A DNA stretch of 63,846 bases, counting the filler, from Intoshia linei (Eukaryota > Animalia > Orthonectida): the NCBI GenBank assembly GCA_001642005.1. It is 7 parts of 7 records of this genome, joined end to end, with 100 filler letters (N's around TTAATTAATTAA, not from the genome) between each part and the next. Parts side by side here need not be neighbours in the genome. Positions count along the whole stretch, not along the records: positions 24,056 to 45,393 come from LWCA01000652.1; 6 more parts are not named here. One strand, written 5' to 3'. Each line of letters begins with the position of its first letter. The stretch's first letter is position 1. A program made the position numbers and the translations under genes. Below the pieces are notes generated by a model that did no database searches, was not told the origin of the DNA, and saw only the letters and a list, made by a program, of their open reading frames with translations. This document shows, piece by piece, positions 24,057 to 37,900 of the stretch.

Positions 24057-24368
24057 AATGAAAAGATTTATGTTCAAGTCAAGAATCAGAGTAAAGTTTT
24101 GTTTATTCAAACTTTAGTCTATATTTTTACACAAATACCTTTGTTTCTTTATGTCGCTATTTCTCATATGAATTCTTTTGATTGGGGGATGATAGTGATG
24201 CTTAAATCTGCGATATCCGTGTTTACCCTTTTTTTGATTTTTCCATTTGCTTTTTGTATAATTTTGATTGTCTCGGAGGATTTTAAATTTGGTTATTACA
24301 AGGTGTTGTATCTTGCCAATTTCAATTTAAAGGTTGCAGAATATCAAGAAAATGAAACAATTATTTAG
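24057..24368 (+). CDS. Fragment of a membrane protein, possibly TM6-TM7 of a divergent rhodopsin-type GPCR (5' part lost in gap)
   Basis: Open frame from the gap edge: KNQSKVLFIQTLVYIFTQIPLFLYVAI...VFTLFLIFPFAFCIILIVSEDFK. It has two hydrophobic helices with a TM6-like Pro and a helix-8-like SxxFK. Confidence 0.45.
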   Translation, partial: NEKIYVQVKNQSKVLFIQTLVYIFTQIPLFLYVAISHMNSFDWGMIVMLKSAISVFTLFLIFPFAFCIILIVSEDFKFGYYKVLYLANFNLKVAEYQENETII

Positions 24369-24629
24369 GTACTTATATTATTATTAAAATAAATATTTAC
24401 ATTATTAGGTTTTATTATTTTTTACTTTTTTCATTTTTAAATTTTTTTAACAACCGAATATTTAGCATGTCCTAATTGTTTGTAGCTTCATCAATTTTAC
24501 AATCAGTCATTTTATTCATTAGTTTTGATTCGAAAAAAATATAATTCTCTACTAAAAATAGTCGATATCGTTTTATGAAATGTGGATATTTAGTGGAAAA
24601 TATGAAAAGAAATTATTAACTGCGTAATT

Positions 24630-25290
24630 CAGTGTTTCTCAACATTTTTTCTATTGGGCGCAATTAGAAGCAATTAATCTTTATATCAGTTTCCCAAAGG
24701 GGTCCCGCTATATAACGGGGTTATTATTATTTCAGGAATTAATTAAATATTATTAAAGAGAAAAAACGACTTTTACCAACCCTTAAAAGAAAAATCAGTT
24801 TTACCAAACATTTAGAAAAAACTGAAAAGTGCACTAAGTTTGGAATTAAATAAAGATTTAAGCCTACAGTTAACAAAGATAAGTCAGAAATTAGAACACC
24901 GAATATCACAAATATTGTACTAAATCATAAACCTCATTCATCTCATTAAATAGTGGTTTAACTTGTTTTAAATTAAAATTTAATTGCAATATAAATATAA
25001 ACACAATTACAATAATGGAAAATTTTGATAACATTTAAAATTTATCGATAGGCAATTTCGCCATAACCAATAGCGTTGTTCTATTTTTTAGATCTGTTCG
25101 TAATTGAAAATTTTATTGTTTATATAAGAATATAGCGTTTTCCAAATGCCGATCCGCGGATCAGTACTGGTCCGTGAAAAAATTTTAGTAATTAAAATTC
25201 AATTTATCACGATTTTTATTAAATGTTGCCTAATAATTTCGCTTTAATGATCCACGCTAAATTTTATAATTAATTACAGGACAGCCCTGA
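24630..25290 (+). mobile_element. hAT/Buster remnants
   Basis: CAGTGTTTCTCAAC terminus at ~24630; degraded transposase tail ...PNITNIVLNHKPHSSH* at ~24900-24948. Confidence 0.55.
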
Positions 25291-26152
25291 AAAAAGTGGC
25301 AACCCTTGTAATAACATTATATTTTGATCCTTTCCCTTATATAGGCTAAATTTGAGCGATTGAATAATTCCTATATCTTCATGCGTTTCTTGCAGAATAT
25401 ATACTTCAAGTTTCGCAGCGTATTATATGGCTTTCATAGGTGTAATAATATAATTTTTTTATAATTTATTATCGATATTATTAACAGTAACATCTTCTAT
25501 TTCTCTTTCGATAATATCAGGTTTTAGCTCAAGTATACTAATATCCAAAAATAGTTCTTTATAATCTTGTCTATCAAAATTTTGTGTTAACGAATAAGAC
25601 TCTCGTGATACCTTTTGTATGATGAGTCATGATTGATGACTCACTAGTTATATTTAATTTAACTAGGGTAATATTTTTTTATTATTTCATTTTTTTGTTC
25701 GTGATTGAAAATGCAACATAATCGGTAAAATTCCATTTCTAATAACAAAAAAAATGTTCGTTATAGCGAAGCATGACATGTTTCGTACTAGGAATATACA
25801 ATAAAAAATTTTATGGTTGATATTTTGAAAGTTATGTGGTCCATGGTAAAAAAAAGTTTGGGAAAGACTGCACTGGTCTAGGACAGTTACACATTTTTGT
25901 AATTCTAAAAAAATTTATTTTGTATACAAAATTTTTATAATGACTTGATTGAAATGGTATTCGACATGATAAAAGTTTCAATTTACTTGTTTAACTTTGA
26001 ATTGACTCGATAAGTTTAAGATTAGATTAATGTGATCATATTATTAACATAAGTTTATGTATTGAATTATAATTTTATTAGCAACCAATAATCATTATAA
26101 TCCAATTAAAACTTTATTTTATATAATACATTCCGCACAAACATTATCAAAA

Positions 26153-27091
26153 ATGAAGAAACCAACGTATGATTCCTTAAAAGAACAAAAAGAAGTGATT
26201 GGTCGTATAATCCAACACAACATAAGAAAAAACAAAGACATACCTGAAGAAATAGATTTAAATGAAATGGTTGATTTTGAAGACAGCATTAAAAAACGTA
26301 AAAAACATAGTGAAAAATATGCTAAAAAAAATAAACACCAAATAAAATACTCAAAATCAAAAGAACGTGAATTGAAACAATCTCAACAAGCTAACGATGT
26401 CTCAAGAAAAATTTTAGATACTAAACGCCGTGATGAAATTCCAACAAAACTAGTATCACTAAAAAATTTTCAAAATGACGGTACATTCAAGAATGAGTCT
26501 GATAAATGGGGCATACCTGAAGAAATACCAAAAGATGCAACTGAAAAAGAAATGCCAAATTTTGGACTAAGCGGTGCTCTATTAAAAGATACAAATATGG
26601 TTAATGGTATTATAGTAAAATACAACGAACCATCAGATGCAATGAAACCGATTGATAGATGGAGAATCTATCCTTTTAAAGAAAAGGACGCTTTGCAGGT
26701 ATTGTACATACACAGACAGAGTACTTATTTAATTGGTAAAGAAAAACGTGTTACCGATATCATTTTACGACACCCGTCCATTTCAAAACAACATGCTGCT
26801 ATCCAATATCGCCAAATCAACGATGACGAAGAAGATTATTATAATAATGACATTCATGTTATTCCGTATATTATAGATTTAAACTCTACTAATGGTACAT
26901 TTGTAAATGATGAGAAAATTGAACCTCAGCGTTATGTTGAACTTAAAAGTGGTGATGTGCTTAAATTTGGATTTTCTTCTAGGGAGTATGTTATTATGAA
27001 GGAAACTATTCAAGATGAAGATGTTGAGGACGATGAGAAATCATTAGTTGACAAAGATGAGGATAAATCTGATAGTTGTGATTCTGACTAG
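26153..27091 (+). CDS. SNIP1: Smad nuclear-interacting protein 1 / Pml1 (RES complex, FHA domain), intronless
   Basis: PNFGLSGALLKDTNMVNGIIVKYNEPSDA, RWRIYPFK, LYIHRQSTYLIG, HPSISKQHAAIQYR, PYIIDLNSTNGTFVN, DVLKFGFSSREYV. Confidence 0.95.
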   Translation: MKKPTYDSLKEQKEVIGRIIQHNIRKNKDIPEEIDLNEMVDFEDSIKKRKKHSEKYAKKNKHQIKYSKSKERELKQSQQANDVSRKILDTKRRDEIPTKLVSLKNFQNDGTFKNESDKWGIPEEIPKDATEKEMPNFGLSGALLKDTNMVNGIIVKYNEPSDAMKPIDRWRIYPFKEKDALQVLYIHRQSTYLIGKEKRVTDIILRHPSISKQHAAIQYRQINDDEEDYYNNDIHVIPYIIDLNSTNGTFVNDEKIEPQRYVELKSGDVLKFGFSSREYVIMKETIQDEDVEDDEKSLVDKDEDKSDSCDSD

Positions 27092-27159
27092 TACATGCAT
27101 AGCTAAAATGTACAATGTATATATTGTAATTAATAAATTAATTTTTTTATATTTATTAT

Positions 27160-30100
27160 TTACACTAAAGACATTGTTGATCGACTTGAAACTATTGTAA
27201 AATTTTGGTCCATTGAATAAAATCCAGAACTACCGTTTGCAACTATACTGTTTTTAATTATGGTCGATGCGTTGAGGGAATTTATGCACAGCATGGTTAT
27301 ATCGAATTCTAAAATTGAATTTATTGTTTTAACTAAATGTTAATATTACCTTCCATCATATCCAGATAATTGTTTTGGGAGTTTTGTATGCTGAGTTTTT
27401 TCAGTAAATCGCGGGAATTAATAAAATTCTAAAAAATAATTTTAGATTCGTAATTAAAATTCTCAATTTTACTGACAACGGAGACATTTTATCGAATCTT
27501 ACAATGTAATTGTATAATATTTAACTTAACAATTTAATTTTACAGAATTAAACATCGTAGTTTGACCTTTCATCCTCATCAATAAAGATGAAGTTGTAAG
27601 TAATTTACCTTTAATGGGTAGTAAAGAATGTCTTCTATAGATATATTTGTTTTTTCTTTAATTTTAATGAAAACGTCAATATCATTATCGTTTCTTTTCA
27701 AGTGTTCTAAGTAAAGGAGGGATTTTTCTAATCCATGAGTATATTTTTTAATTTCATTGCATAAATTAGTATACTAAATTTAAAATTTAACTAGATTTAA
27801 AACATGCCATAATATTGTTTTTAGATTTAAATTTTTAATACGTACCTTTTTTAAAAACGCTTCAACTACATTGGTTCGTTCGTGATCAATAATATAAATA
27901 ATACTTTCAATTTGGTTAGTAATCTAAAAATTTAAATTAAAAAAATTAACATATTAATGGCATATGTACTATGAAGCATCGTGAAAAAAATTTGATCGGC
28001 TTAAAACATTACAAATAAAATTTCTATAATTAAGGAAATTTTGGGTAAGTAATAAAAAAAAATATCTAAAAATTGCAAATAATAAAAAAAGTAAACTTCT
28101 CTAAAATTGGCCAGTTTTATCAATCTCTAATCATATACATTGCCATTATTCTTTTGAAAAACTATATTATATTAACAGAGGGGACCAAATTATGAAATTT
28201 TTCAATAAAACATAAAAGTATTTTCTGATAATAGTGGACTATAACTCGTCCATGTATCTAACCATGAAATAGTTTATTCACAATTTGTTAGTATAATTGA
28301 TGTAAACGAAAATTTACCATTTCAATATTTTGAAAAAGAACACTATATTCATATGTATCTGTAAAAATAAATGTTCGGAGAGGTACAGAATAAAATTTTA
28401 AATAATTTTGCATATTGTTCAAATATTGTCGATTTATGTGAATAATTTCATTATTATATTGATCTGAAAGGAAAAAATGGTTTTGGTGATGGTTCATTGT
28501 AATATCATCAGAAGTGTTCATATTGAGAACATTTCTATTTACAACAATTTTGTTTTCATCATATATACTATTTGGAGAATTGGGGTGATATGAGGTGTTT
28601 GAATTGTTATGATTTATATTTTTGTGGTTTTGTTCAGAATGTACAGCATCGATTCCTGAATCAGTGGATGCTTTTTCATCAATGGGTTTTTTAGACTGGT
28701 ATAGAGTTTCTGTTGTGAGATTTGAAGGTATTTGACATTTTAATATCTCATGAGGTTTTGGATGTAATTCAGAAATTGAGTAGTTTTTAAAATGTTTTTT
28801 ACCAACGTAATATTCATTCATTTCTGCTTCGTTTGTATTAAAACAATCCAATGCAATTGAACATTTTAATGTGCTATTTTTGCGTTGAAGTTTTAGGTTA
28901 ATTACATTTTCTTTTCTAAATATGGTATATTTACTAGTAATAATAAAATATTTAAATTAATAATGTTAACTTGTAAATAATACGTCCTGCATTTTTTGTA
29001 ATGTACATTTATTACATTTACAAACACGTTTACACCAATATAAAATTCTACACGAGCCGACATTCTCCGGTTCTTACCCGACGTGCCATCAAAATGTTTC
29101 ATTAACCACCCGTAAATTTTTTATTTGGTTACAATCCGTATTTTCATTTTCGATATATTAACGATTACACAGTCAGTAACGGACCCAGAGATTCTCATTT
29201 GACTACTGCTACACGACCAGTAGTTGTGTTCATGTTAGGTCGTATTGAAGAAGCCTAGTTGACATGGGTAAATTGAATAGTTGAGAATGGGTTATTTAAA
29301 CAATGTAACCATTATACTCATTTTGTATTTTATTTTTTGTTCATTTAAAAATTTTAAAATTACGATATCAATTTCTTCACAGTTCTCCAGCAAGATCTTG
29401 AAATATTTTGTCCATTTATCTATAAATAATTTTAAATTGTGCATTATAATATACATTTCACAATACATATTTTACATTTCTTATGGATTACTTTTATAGG
29501 TGATTACAGGATAAATAAGTTACAATTAATTTTTTTTTAAATTTAAATTTTATTTTTTGTTTTGATTTAATTAATTTTAAAATGACATAAAACATTGAAA
29601 ATGGTATAATTGTTGATATTTATTCAAATAATAATATAACCACAATTTGCAATATATTTTAGGAATGTATTATTTATTTTAACTCATAAAGTAAAATTTA
29701 TAAATTATAAATCAAATGATCCATTAAAAATTATAAAGTTTATTTTTAATTTAATTTTAAATTCTTGAATTTTTTTCATTTTAAAATTTTGTAACTATCG
29801 ATTTTTAAATTTATTGTTTTTGAATTTTTGGATTATTTTATTAAGTTTTATTAAAATATTCATTTCAGAACAAAAAATGCATATAAATAAGAAAGACAGA
29901 TTAATTATAATTATGGAATATTTTTTATTTAAAAGAGTATTTTGTCTACAATTTTATGTTGATTTTAATATTTTATATTTTCTTAAATCAGAGTTGTTTA
30001 AACAAATATATAAGTAAATCATACAACAAGCGTTTGTATATACTGTTTGTACACAGTACATAGCATCAGTTAGTTTTTAAATAAAATTACCTCAATCAAA

Positions 30101-31913
30101 ATATCTCCACATCGCATATCAGCTTTATTTGCGAGAAGGCCTGGAATAATGCTTTTTACATATACAGGTCTATTTCCAGATAAACATATTCCGAAATTTT
30201 GGGTTTTTGTAAATCGACTCAATTTTACATCAACCAAGCTGTACTCGTCAATATTTTTACATTTATGGTTACCTATATATTACAGATTAAATTCAGTTTA
30301 ATAAATTAAAAGATTAATGCAAATATATTTCTAATATAATAATTCTGAATAAGACTTAATCATCATAAATCTACTTCATCATTAAAGTACTTTTTTAACG
30401 GCTGCATCGGGCAATAGTTACTGAGGGGTTAGGTTATATGTGGTCTCTCCATTGATTCCCAATTATAATCATTTACTATCGCTCATATAACAATATGTCC
30501 AAAATAATAAAGTCAATTAAAAAAATCCAAGTTTTGCAATTTCAAAAATTTTAATGAAAACTGGGTTTTAGATACTGGTAGAAGATTGTTTATCATATGA
30601 CTAAAGGTTCAATCATATACTAAATATTAGATAAAACTGGATTTTATCAGAAATTGCTGCTCACCAGGTATAATGTATATGGATCAATAAAAATTTTTGC
30701 ACAATAGATTTATAAATGAAATGTATAATAAATATAAACCTTGTTCTGAAACCATGATTTTTTGGTGTTTACCATACCCAGCAGATTCAGGTAACAATTT
30801 AAACCAATTTTCAATTTTTGCATTCTAAATTTAAATAAAAACATTGTATAAAAATGAAAATAAGGTAAAATATTTACTATATTCAATGAATATTATTCAT
30901 TTATAAAGTTTAATATTTAACAGTTTTTAAATTGTAACGTACAAATCATTAAAATTACCTTCAAATATTTCACGAGATGTCGAATCCCAAAGGACATGCA
31001 ACCGACAAGGTTTCTAAAAGAATGAAAAGGTTAATGGATAATACAAAAAGAAATAAAAGTATAATACAATTATTATAGAAAAACAGTGTAAATGTTTAAT
31101 ACTAATTGTGTTTTCACAATATTGCCCAAGGTTATTCTCATCTGATAAATATCTACATTGTACCTACACTTAAGAAATTTAAAGAAAGTAATTCATTAAA
31201 TTAAAATGAGAGTTTCAAACTTGTCAAGTCTATCCAAAAAACCATAAATCATGAGTGGTATAAAGTACTCTACTGAAATTGTATACATTTGATAATTGAT
31301 AATTTCAACAAGTGTCAAAATATCAATGCCATATAATTTATTTAAAATTTTACTTGTATTGTACTCTTTAATTTTATAAAAATTTACCTGAATGAATTTG
31401 ATTTTGTTTCATACAAACATAGTAATAGTCGAGAACCATCATATGGTGTTGCATTACTAAATTATGATTATACATCCGTAGTACATTATTAAATTAGTAG
31501 TAATATTATTAAGATACTCATAATTACAAGGAAAAGGAATTATTGAATTCAGGGTCTGATTTATTCCAAATAATTTTTGTTTTAAATATTTCAGTTTTTT
31601 TATTGCAACCAAAATGCATTGTATAACCCTAAATAATAATTTAATGTGTTTTTTATAACGCGTAGCTTATATAATATGAATTTAACCATATTAATTCATA
31701 TAATTAAATTTGTATATATTACTATTAATTGAATGTTGTATTTTTCTTTCATTGTAGTGAGGCATGGGAGGATAGCATTTTTAACTAAAAAGTGAATTCA
31801 TTATGGTAATAATTTCAACATCAAATTAATTAATATTAAGATAAAAATTATAATATTACCGGTTAATGTAATGTATTTGAATTTATTCATATTCATGGAC
31901 ATATTGATTTGAC
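27160..31913 (-). CDS. PsGEF: C2-PDZ-(degenerate DH) protein, PsGEF / RGS3-N-terminus-like; 5' end unresolved
   Basis: About 13 exons. C2: GQINMSM, FKTKIIWNKSDPEFNNSFSF, SRLLLCLY, LVGCMSFGIRHL, IENWFKLLPESAGYGKH. PDZ: FGICLSGNRPVYVKSIIPG...GDILIEINGQNIS. DH-like: QYLNNMQNYLKFYSVPLR...LFQNIE...SLLYLEHLK...IEDILYYPLK. TAA at 27160. Confidence 0.75.
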
Positions 31914-34900
31914 CTAAGATTAAGATTAAATTTTAATTTAGAACGTAGCATACATTTTTAATTACATAATAAATGTAAATACATTATAATTTATATTAGA
32001 AAAAGTTTAATTTATCTATTATATTTTAGAAATTGCAAAACTTTTCATCAATGTTATAACACATTGAAAAAAACACTTACAATATACAAATGTACGTACT
32101 GCATATTTTTAACAATAATAAATTGTTTATTTTTGTTTGTTATAATAATATAAATGTTTATTGGATGGTTATTGTTTAAATGAAAAGTGATGAAACTTGA
32201 TATAATTGGTTTTGTACGATTTAATTTCATCAATATAATAGGTAATTACAACTATTGTGTTATTTCTGTAATTTTCAATAAATTTGAAATGTCCAGTTAA
32301 AAATAGATATAGTTTTGTGTCACAGTTGGAAGTAACGTTGTATTTTAGTTTCACGTTTAAAATACATAGCATGTTTGGTGACACGCGTAAATTTACAATT
32401 AATTAACGTTTGATATGCTTAATTGAAACTAAAATATCACCGAAATGTAACTAAATGCTATACAACTCATGCTTTTAGAGAATGGGCGTAAAACACATAT
32501 AATGCCATCACTGATGGTGTATTTAAGATAAAATACCCCATTGTGTAACATATTGACGGATAATTTATCAATTTACAGACGCTATTACACAAAAAACAGT
32601 AAAACTTGAACTGATACTATCAAAAAAAAATTTGATATCTTTTTGTAATAAAAATTAAAAGTTAATGAAATTAAACCCTTGATAATTTCAATCAGTCAGA
32701 GTGTCATGAATAATTGATGGTTTTACATAATGGTATATATATTTATGTAGTTATTTAACATTAAAAAAAATTTTGTGGTATATATATTGTGGTAATTATA
32801 ATCTCCGTTTTTTTATGTTTTAATAAATAAATATTTATAATATTACAGTAATGTCATAGTATAACATTATTGGATCTAATTTGTCATTTTATGACAACGT
32901 GGCCAAGGGGTCGCATACTAGAAGTTGAAATATAGAAAACTGAAGACGGTACAATATATTTGTCTATCTTTTTCCATTTTAAAGAATCCTACAGATTACG
33001 GTATAAGCTGTATAACCTTGTGCATTTAGTTCTGAATTTTGGTCATACAGTATTTATTTTTGTTGTTATTGATTTTATATAGTTCAAGTTTTTTACTATT
33101 TTGATGTTTCGTTAAGTAAAATTAAGCTTATTATTTTTAATTATACAACACAGAAAAAACTATTTATATATAAACGGATGAAACCTTCCATCCTTAATTC
33201 AGATATATTATCCTAATACTAAAATATCAACTTCTAATCTCGGTTTTTAAGATAATGCCTGCCTGTCTGCCTAAACACCAAAAACATTGTATATTACATG
33301 TATAGGACCATATGGTCGTTCCGGTAGGTTAAATACACATTTTCATAAATACGGTTTAATCGTTGAAACATGAACATGTACAATGTACATTGTACACTTA
33401 CACAAATGTAAGGGGTACAGCTTGATAAACGCTTACTTGCATAACTGAGAAATTAACAGACCATGATTTCACATGATTTACGGAAGTCATCCCTTCTTTT
33501 CTATCAATTAATGTGATGCCTCTAACCTAGAGCCGAACCTACCAAGCTCTATATCACCAAAAATGAATATAGGCCCTTAAAAAAAATTCACATACGTAGT
33601 GTAGTGTCATATAGTCCCTAGCCACCTATCCAAGGCTCTTATCTTGACAGATAAAATTTAATACACAAAATAGTAATGATATTCAAGAATATAATTTAAT
33701 AAACGGTAACACACACAAACAAATATTGCATAGCATATTATATAAGTAAGGATTTAAACGCTGAATTTGGAAAAATTAGGCCTCCATTTTACATAAGTTT
33801 TGGCACTCTACTAACCTTTTACTCGTTCTATTATATTTTTATGCTATGAAGTTAATTTTTGATCGGATAGATGCAAAAATTTGAGATAATCATATCATAA
33901 TATCATATTAATAAATAATAATTATGATAATACGTCAATCGGAATAAACTGTTTCTTATGAATTTCGGCATTTTAAAATCCTGCAACTGATTATTGAATA
34001 AGTTCTCAACACACAGACACTCAGAAACATTAAATTGTACACAACTAAAGATTATCACGCTTTAGGTATATAAGTGTTAAGTAACGATTATACTACATGT
34101 ATACAAGTAATAATATTCAATGAGGATATTGCTTCAAAAGAGGTAATATGCATAAAATATTAATGAATCATACTTATTGTAACTTATTATTACATGATAT
34201 TTATCTATAAAGATTAACTATTAAAAACTGTGAAATCACCGATATATTGTATATTGTTTCAAATTTATAAACAAATAAATAAATAATAATTATCATTAAA
34301 ATAAAACAATAAGTCTTTAATTAACCCATAAGGTAAATTATAGCGATTGACGCCTCAAGCAAAATACCAGATTAAATATTTCTTACGTTAACGTCGAATT
34401 TTGATAAACAATTTAGAATAGTTGAATTGATTTAATTGTCATTCATCTTTTAATTTGGCATTTTGCCGTAGGGTAAGATAAAACTTGAAATAGATTAACC
34501 AAATTGATAAATACAATTGTGTGATTTTTATCTGCAAATTTGAAATATACTGAATTAAAATACAACTAAACCAATTATAAATACATTAAATTGTAAATGT
34601 ACAAGATTTATGATTTATAATATTAATGAGTAAATAAAATTAATCAAATTACATCAAAAGACATAATCTATTAAATACTAATACTAATATTAAATACAAT
34701 TAAGAGTAGTTTAATTTAATCCTCAATTCAATTGATAAATTAAATTAACTTACAATTTTACTTGCTACTAATTTAAATTAACAAAATAAACAAATATAAT
34801 ATCTCAAGTACTCATTAAATTTATAATGTACAAAATTAATTACATAAAAATTGGATTTTACAAGAATTGGCGACAGATTGTCTGGAGTTTACTAATCTTA

Positions 34901-37900
34901 TTAATTGACCAGAATAATTAAAATTTAACAACTTTACTAATCATTATCATCCTGAGGCGTAATAAGTCTCAAGTTTGATAATGTTAGTGAAATACCGACA
35001 CTGAAAAAATTGTTACCTAAATCGAATTCATAAATATGTAAGTATACTTAGTTTAAAAATATATTCCATGTAATTATCATCTTAGTAATTATTGCGCGAA
35101 ATGAAATGAAATAAATTGAAAATAATAATGAAATCGTAAATAAAAATTGTAATGATAATGTCCCAAAAATATATTTCCAGACATGACGAAATATAATGCA
35201 CTTTTATATGGAATATGGTATTAAAATCAATGGTTACATTGATGTTGCTAGTGCGTTTAGGTAATGCACCAAAATTTTAAAAAATTTAACGCTCTGCAGA
35301 CGATTTTTATTGTTTAACGTCAAAGCGTGATAAAGGTAAGCAACATATGAAAAATAGTATATTATTTAAAAAAATTGATATGTCACTAGGAAATTGTATA
35401 TTATTTAAACATGTCTATAAAATCGATAGGTATTTTAATAGAAACATTTTTATGTGTGTAAAATGTACATGCTTTTATGGAAAGGTCAATAAAAAAATTA
35501 TGTTGTAAATAAAAATGATAATGATTTAACTGGTTAATGTCAGAATAACAGTGCGCAATGAAAAAAATTTGAAAATTGACATTGGCAAACATATATTGGA
35601 ATATTGGAAAGCAAATTTGAGTATAATATAGAGTTGATGACTTGTTAACCTACATTTCTTGATTATATTCCGATTTCATTAATCTCCGCTTTGAAAGCAA
35701 TGCGATGTGCTTACTGTTAAATGTAACTTGATGTATTTTATTTTGAATTTTAAATTGATAAATGGTATAATGACAGATTCATGTATCTCATCTTTCAAAA
35801 ATGTTACATACAATGTGGACTTGGTAAAACTTTGTTTTTCATTGTCATTTAAAAAAGGCAGAATGTACCATAGTAAGTTATATAGCTATGTAACTTATCA
35901 AATGAGCAAATATTATTGATAGAGACAATGTTTATTTTGTAAGACTGTGGATGCAATCAAGCCGACTCTAGAGTATATAACTGTGTGATACCTGCTTCTT
36001 AATTATGAGAAAATTGAAAAGTTATCAAAATTTGTTGTCTCGAGAGACATGGTGGCATAAGTTTAGAAATTTCTCTTAAATTTAATTTTAAAAAATGACT
36101 CAACCTTATTCGCAACTGGCAATGTGGAAAGCAGAATTAAATTTAAGCCCAAAATTACTTGAGTAAACCAAAATATTTTAATTACAGATTATATTTAACT
36201 TGTTAAGAAATTTTCAAGAGTTAATTTAGACTAATATTCAATCATTAATTAAATTTTGAATGATAAACTCACTTTGACTGTATTACAATGTAAATGCCTA
36301 AAACGAATCAGTCAGTTCTTTTTAACCGATTCCGTCACCAGTTCCAGAAAAAAAACAATAATATCCAAAGAATAATAATTATAATTATTGTCATTAGATC
36401 ACCCGCTGAAAAGTTAGAAAGTTGATCAAATTAGATTTGATAATACTCTAAAATAAAGCAAAAAATATACCTCTATCAAATTTTTTCATATTTGATTGAA
36501 ATCTTTTATTTATTCCACGAGAAACTGCGAGTTTGCATTTTAACATGTTTTGATTTTTGATAATGGAATTTGAAATAAAATTGTTTTTTAAAGAAATTAT
36601 GTTTTCCTTGTCAATTTGAGTGTTCATTGTAATTTTAGTATAAATGTAGTACAATTTTAGATATATCGTAAAATTCTTTTAAATTTGATGTAAATCTTTT
36701 AAAAATAATATAAAAGTGAGAATGAATGTAATTTTGATATAGTTTTAATTCAAATTAATTAATTGTAAAGTCGTCTGTGTTTTAAATATTGTTGAGATCT
36801 AAAGTCAAGAGTTGTAGTGAAAAGTATATCCCTCATGAACATTGTGTATCCAATGAATTGTTCATTATTCATTCCTTTATATTATTGACACGCCTATATT
36901 AATGTTACAGACAGAATACAGTATATGTCATATACGATTCAGAATTTTATAATATGTTGTTTCCAATAAAGTCATTGTAAATATTATATTCTAGCAATTA
37001 TCGTTTTATAATATAATTGTATCATTACATTTCACCAGTTATTACCACATGATTTTATAATTTTATATTTTTTTGAATTAATTAATCATAGAATAATAGT
37101 TTTATTTGTTTATAATGCTTATCTTTAGACGAAAAATAACCTAGAAAATTTATTTTAATTTACATTATTTTAAATGATTTTTAATTGTAAATTAAAATTG
37201 TGCACTTGATAATCATATTCTGATTATATGCCATTGTGTATTACAGTGTTTCATAGAATTAGAAATTGATAACATTACAAAATTATTATATTTGCGTAAT
37301 TTACGTAATAATAAAGTCGTTATTTATCAAAATTATTAAGATTTCCAATGGGAAAAGTCTACAAAATATATTTTCCTTCTTGTAAAAATGTAGGTAAAAT
37401 ATTTGTAATTGTAGTTTGCTACGACAATCTAATTACATTTTCATTATGTTTCGACCCAGTTATGGCCGGACCATGGAGAGCCATTATCAGTCTCGGTCAG
37501 AAAAAATTTTTAACCCCGAATATACAAATTAACACCAAATTCAAACAATATGTGTTATGTAAATGTGAATCAAATAAAAACGTTAAACCCAATACGATTG
37601 TAAACAGGGTTATGTGACTTCCTACCTTTTCTGTGTGTCCCTGAGAATAGGATGGCGTAAAATTGAAAAATAATATTTTTCGCTTGGGTGAATGATTAAT
37701 CGATTATTGTTTAAAAAATTTGAAGGTGCGACAGGGCCAGAAAAGCCAGAAATAGGCCCCTATAATTTTTTTTTTAAATTCTCCAACTCTTTTCAAAAAA
37801 AATGACAATTGGGTTTTTTGATCAGTAAGATGTGAGTTTTGGAGATTGAAATTTATTTTGCTAACACCCCCGGAAAAAACTGTAATTGAAATGTGAACTT

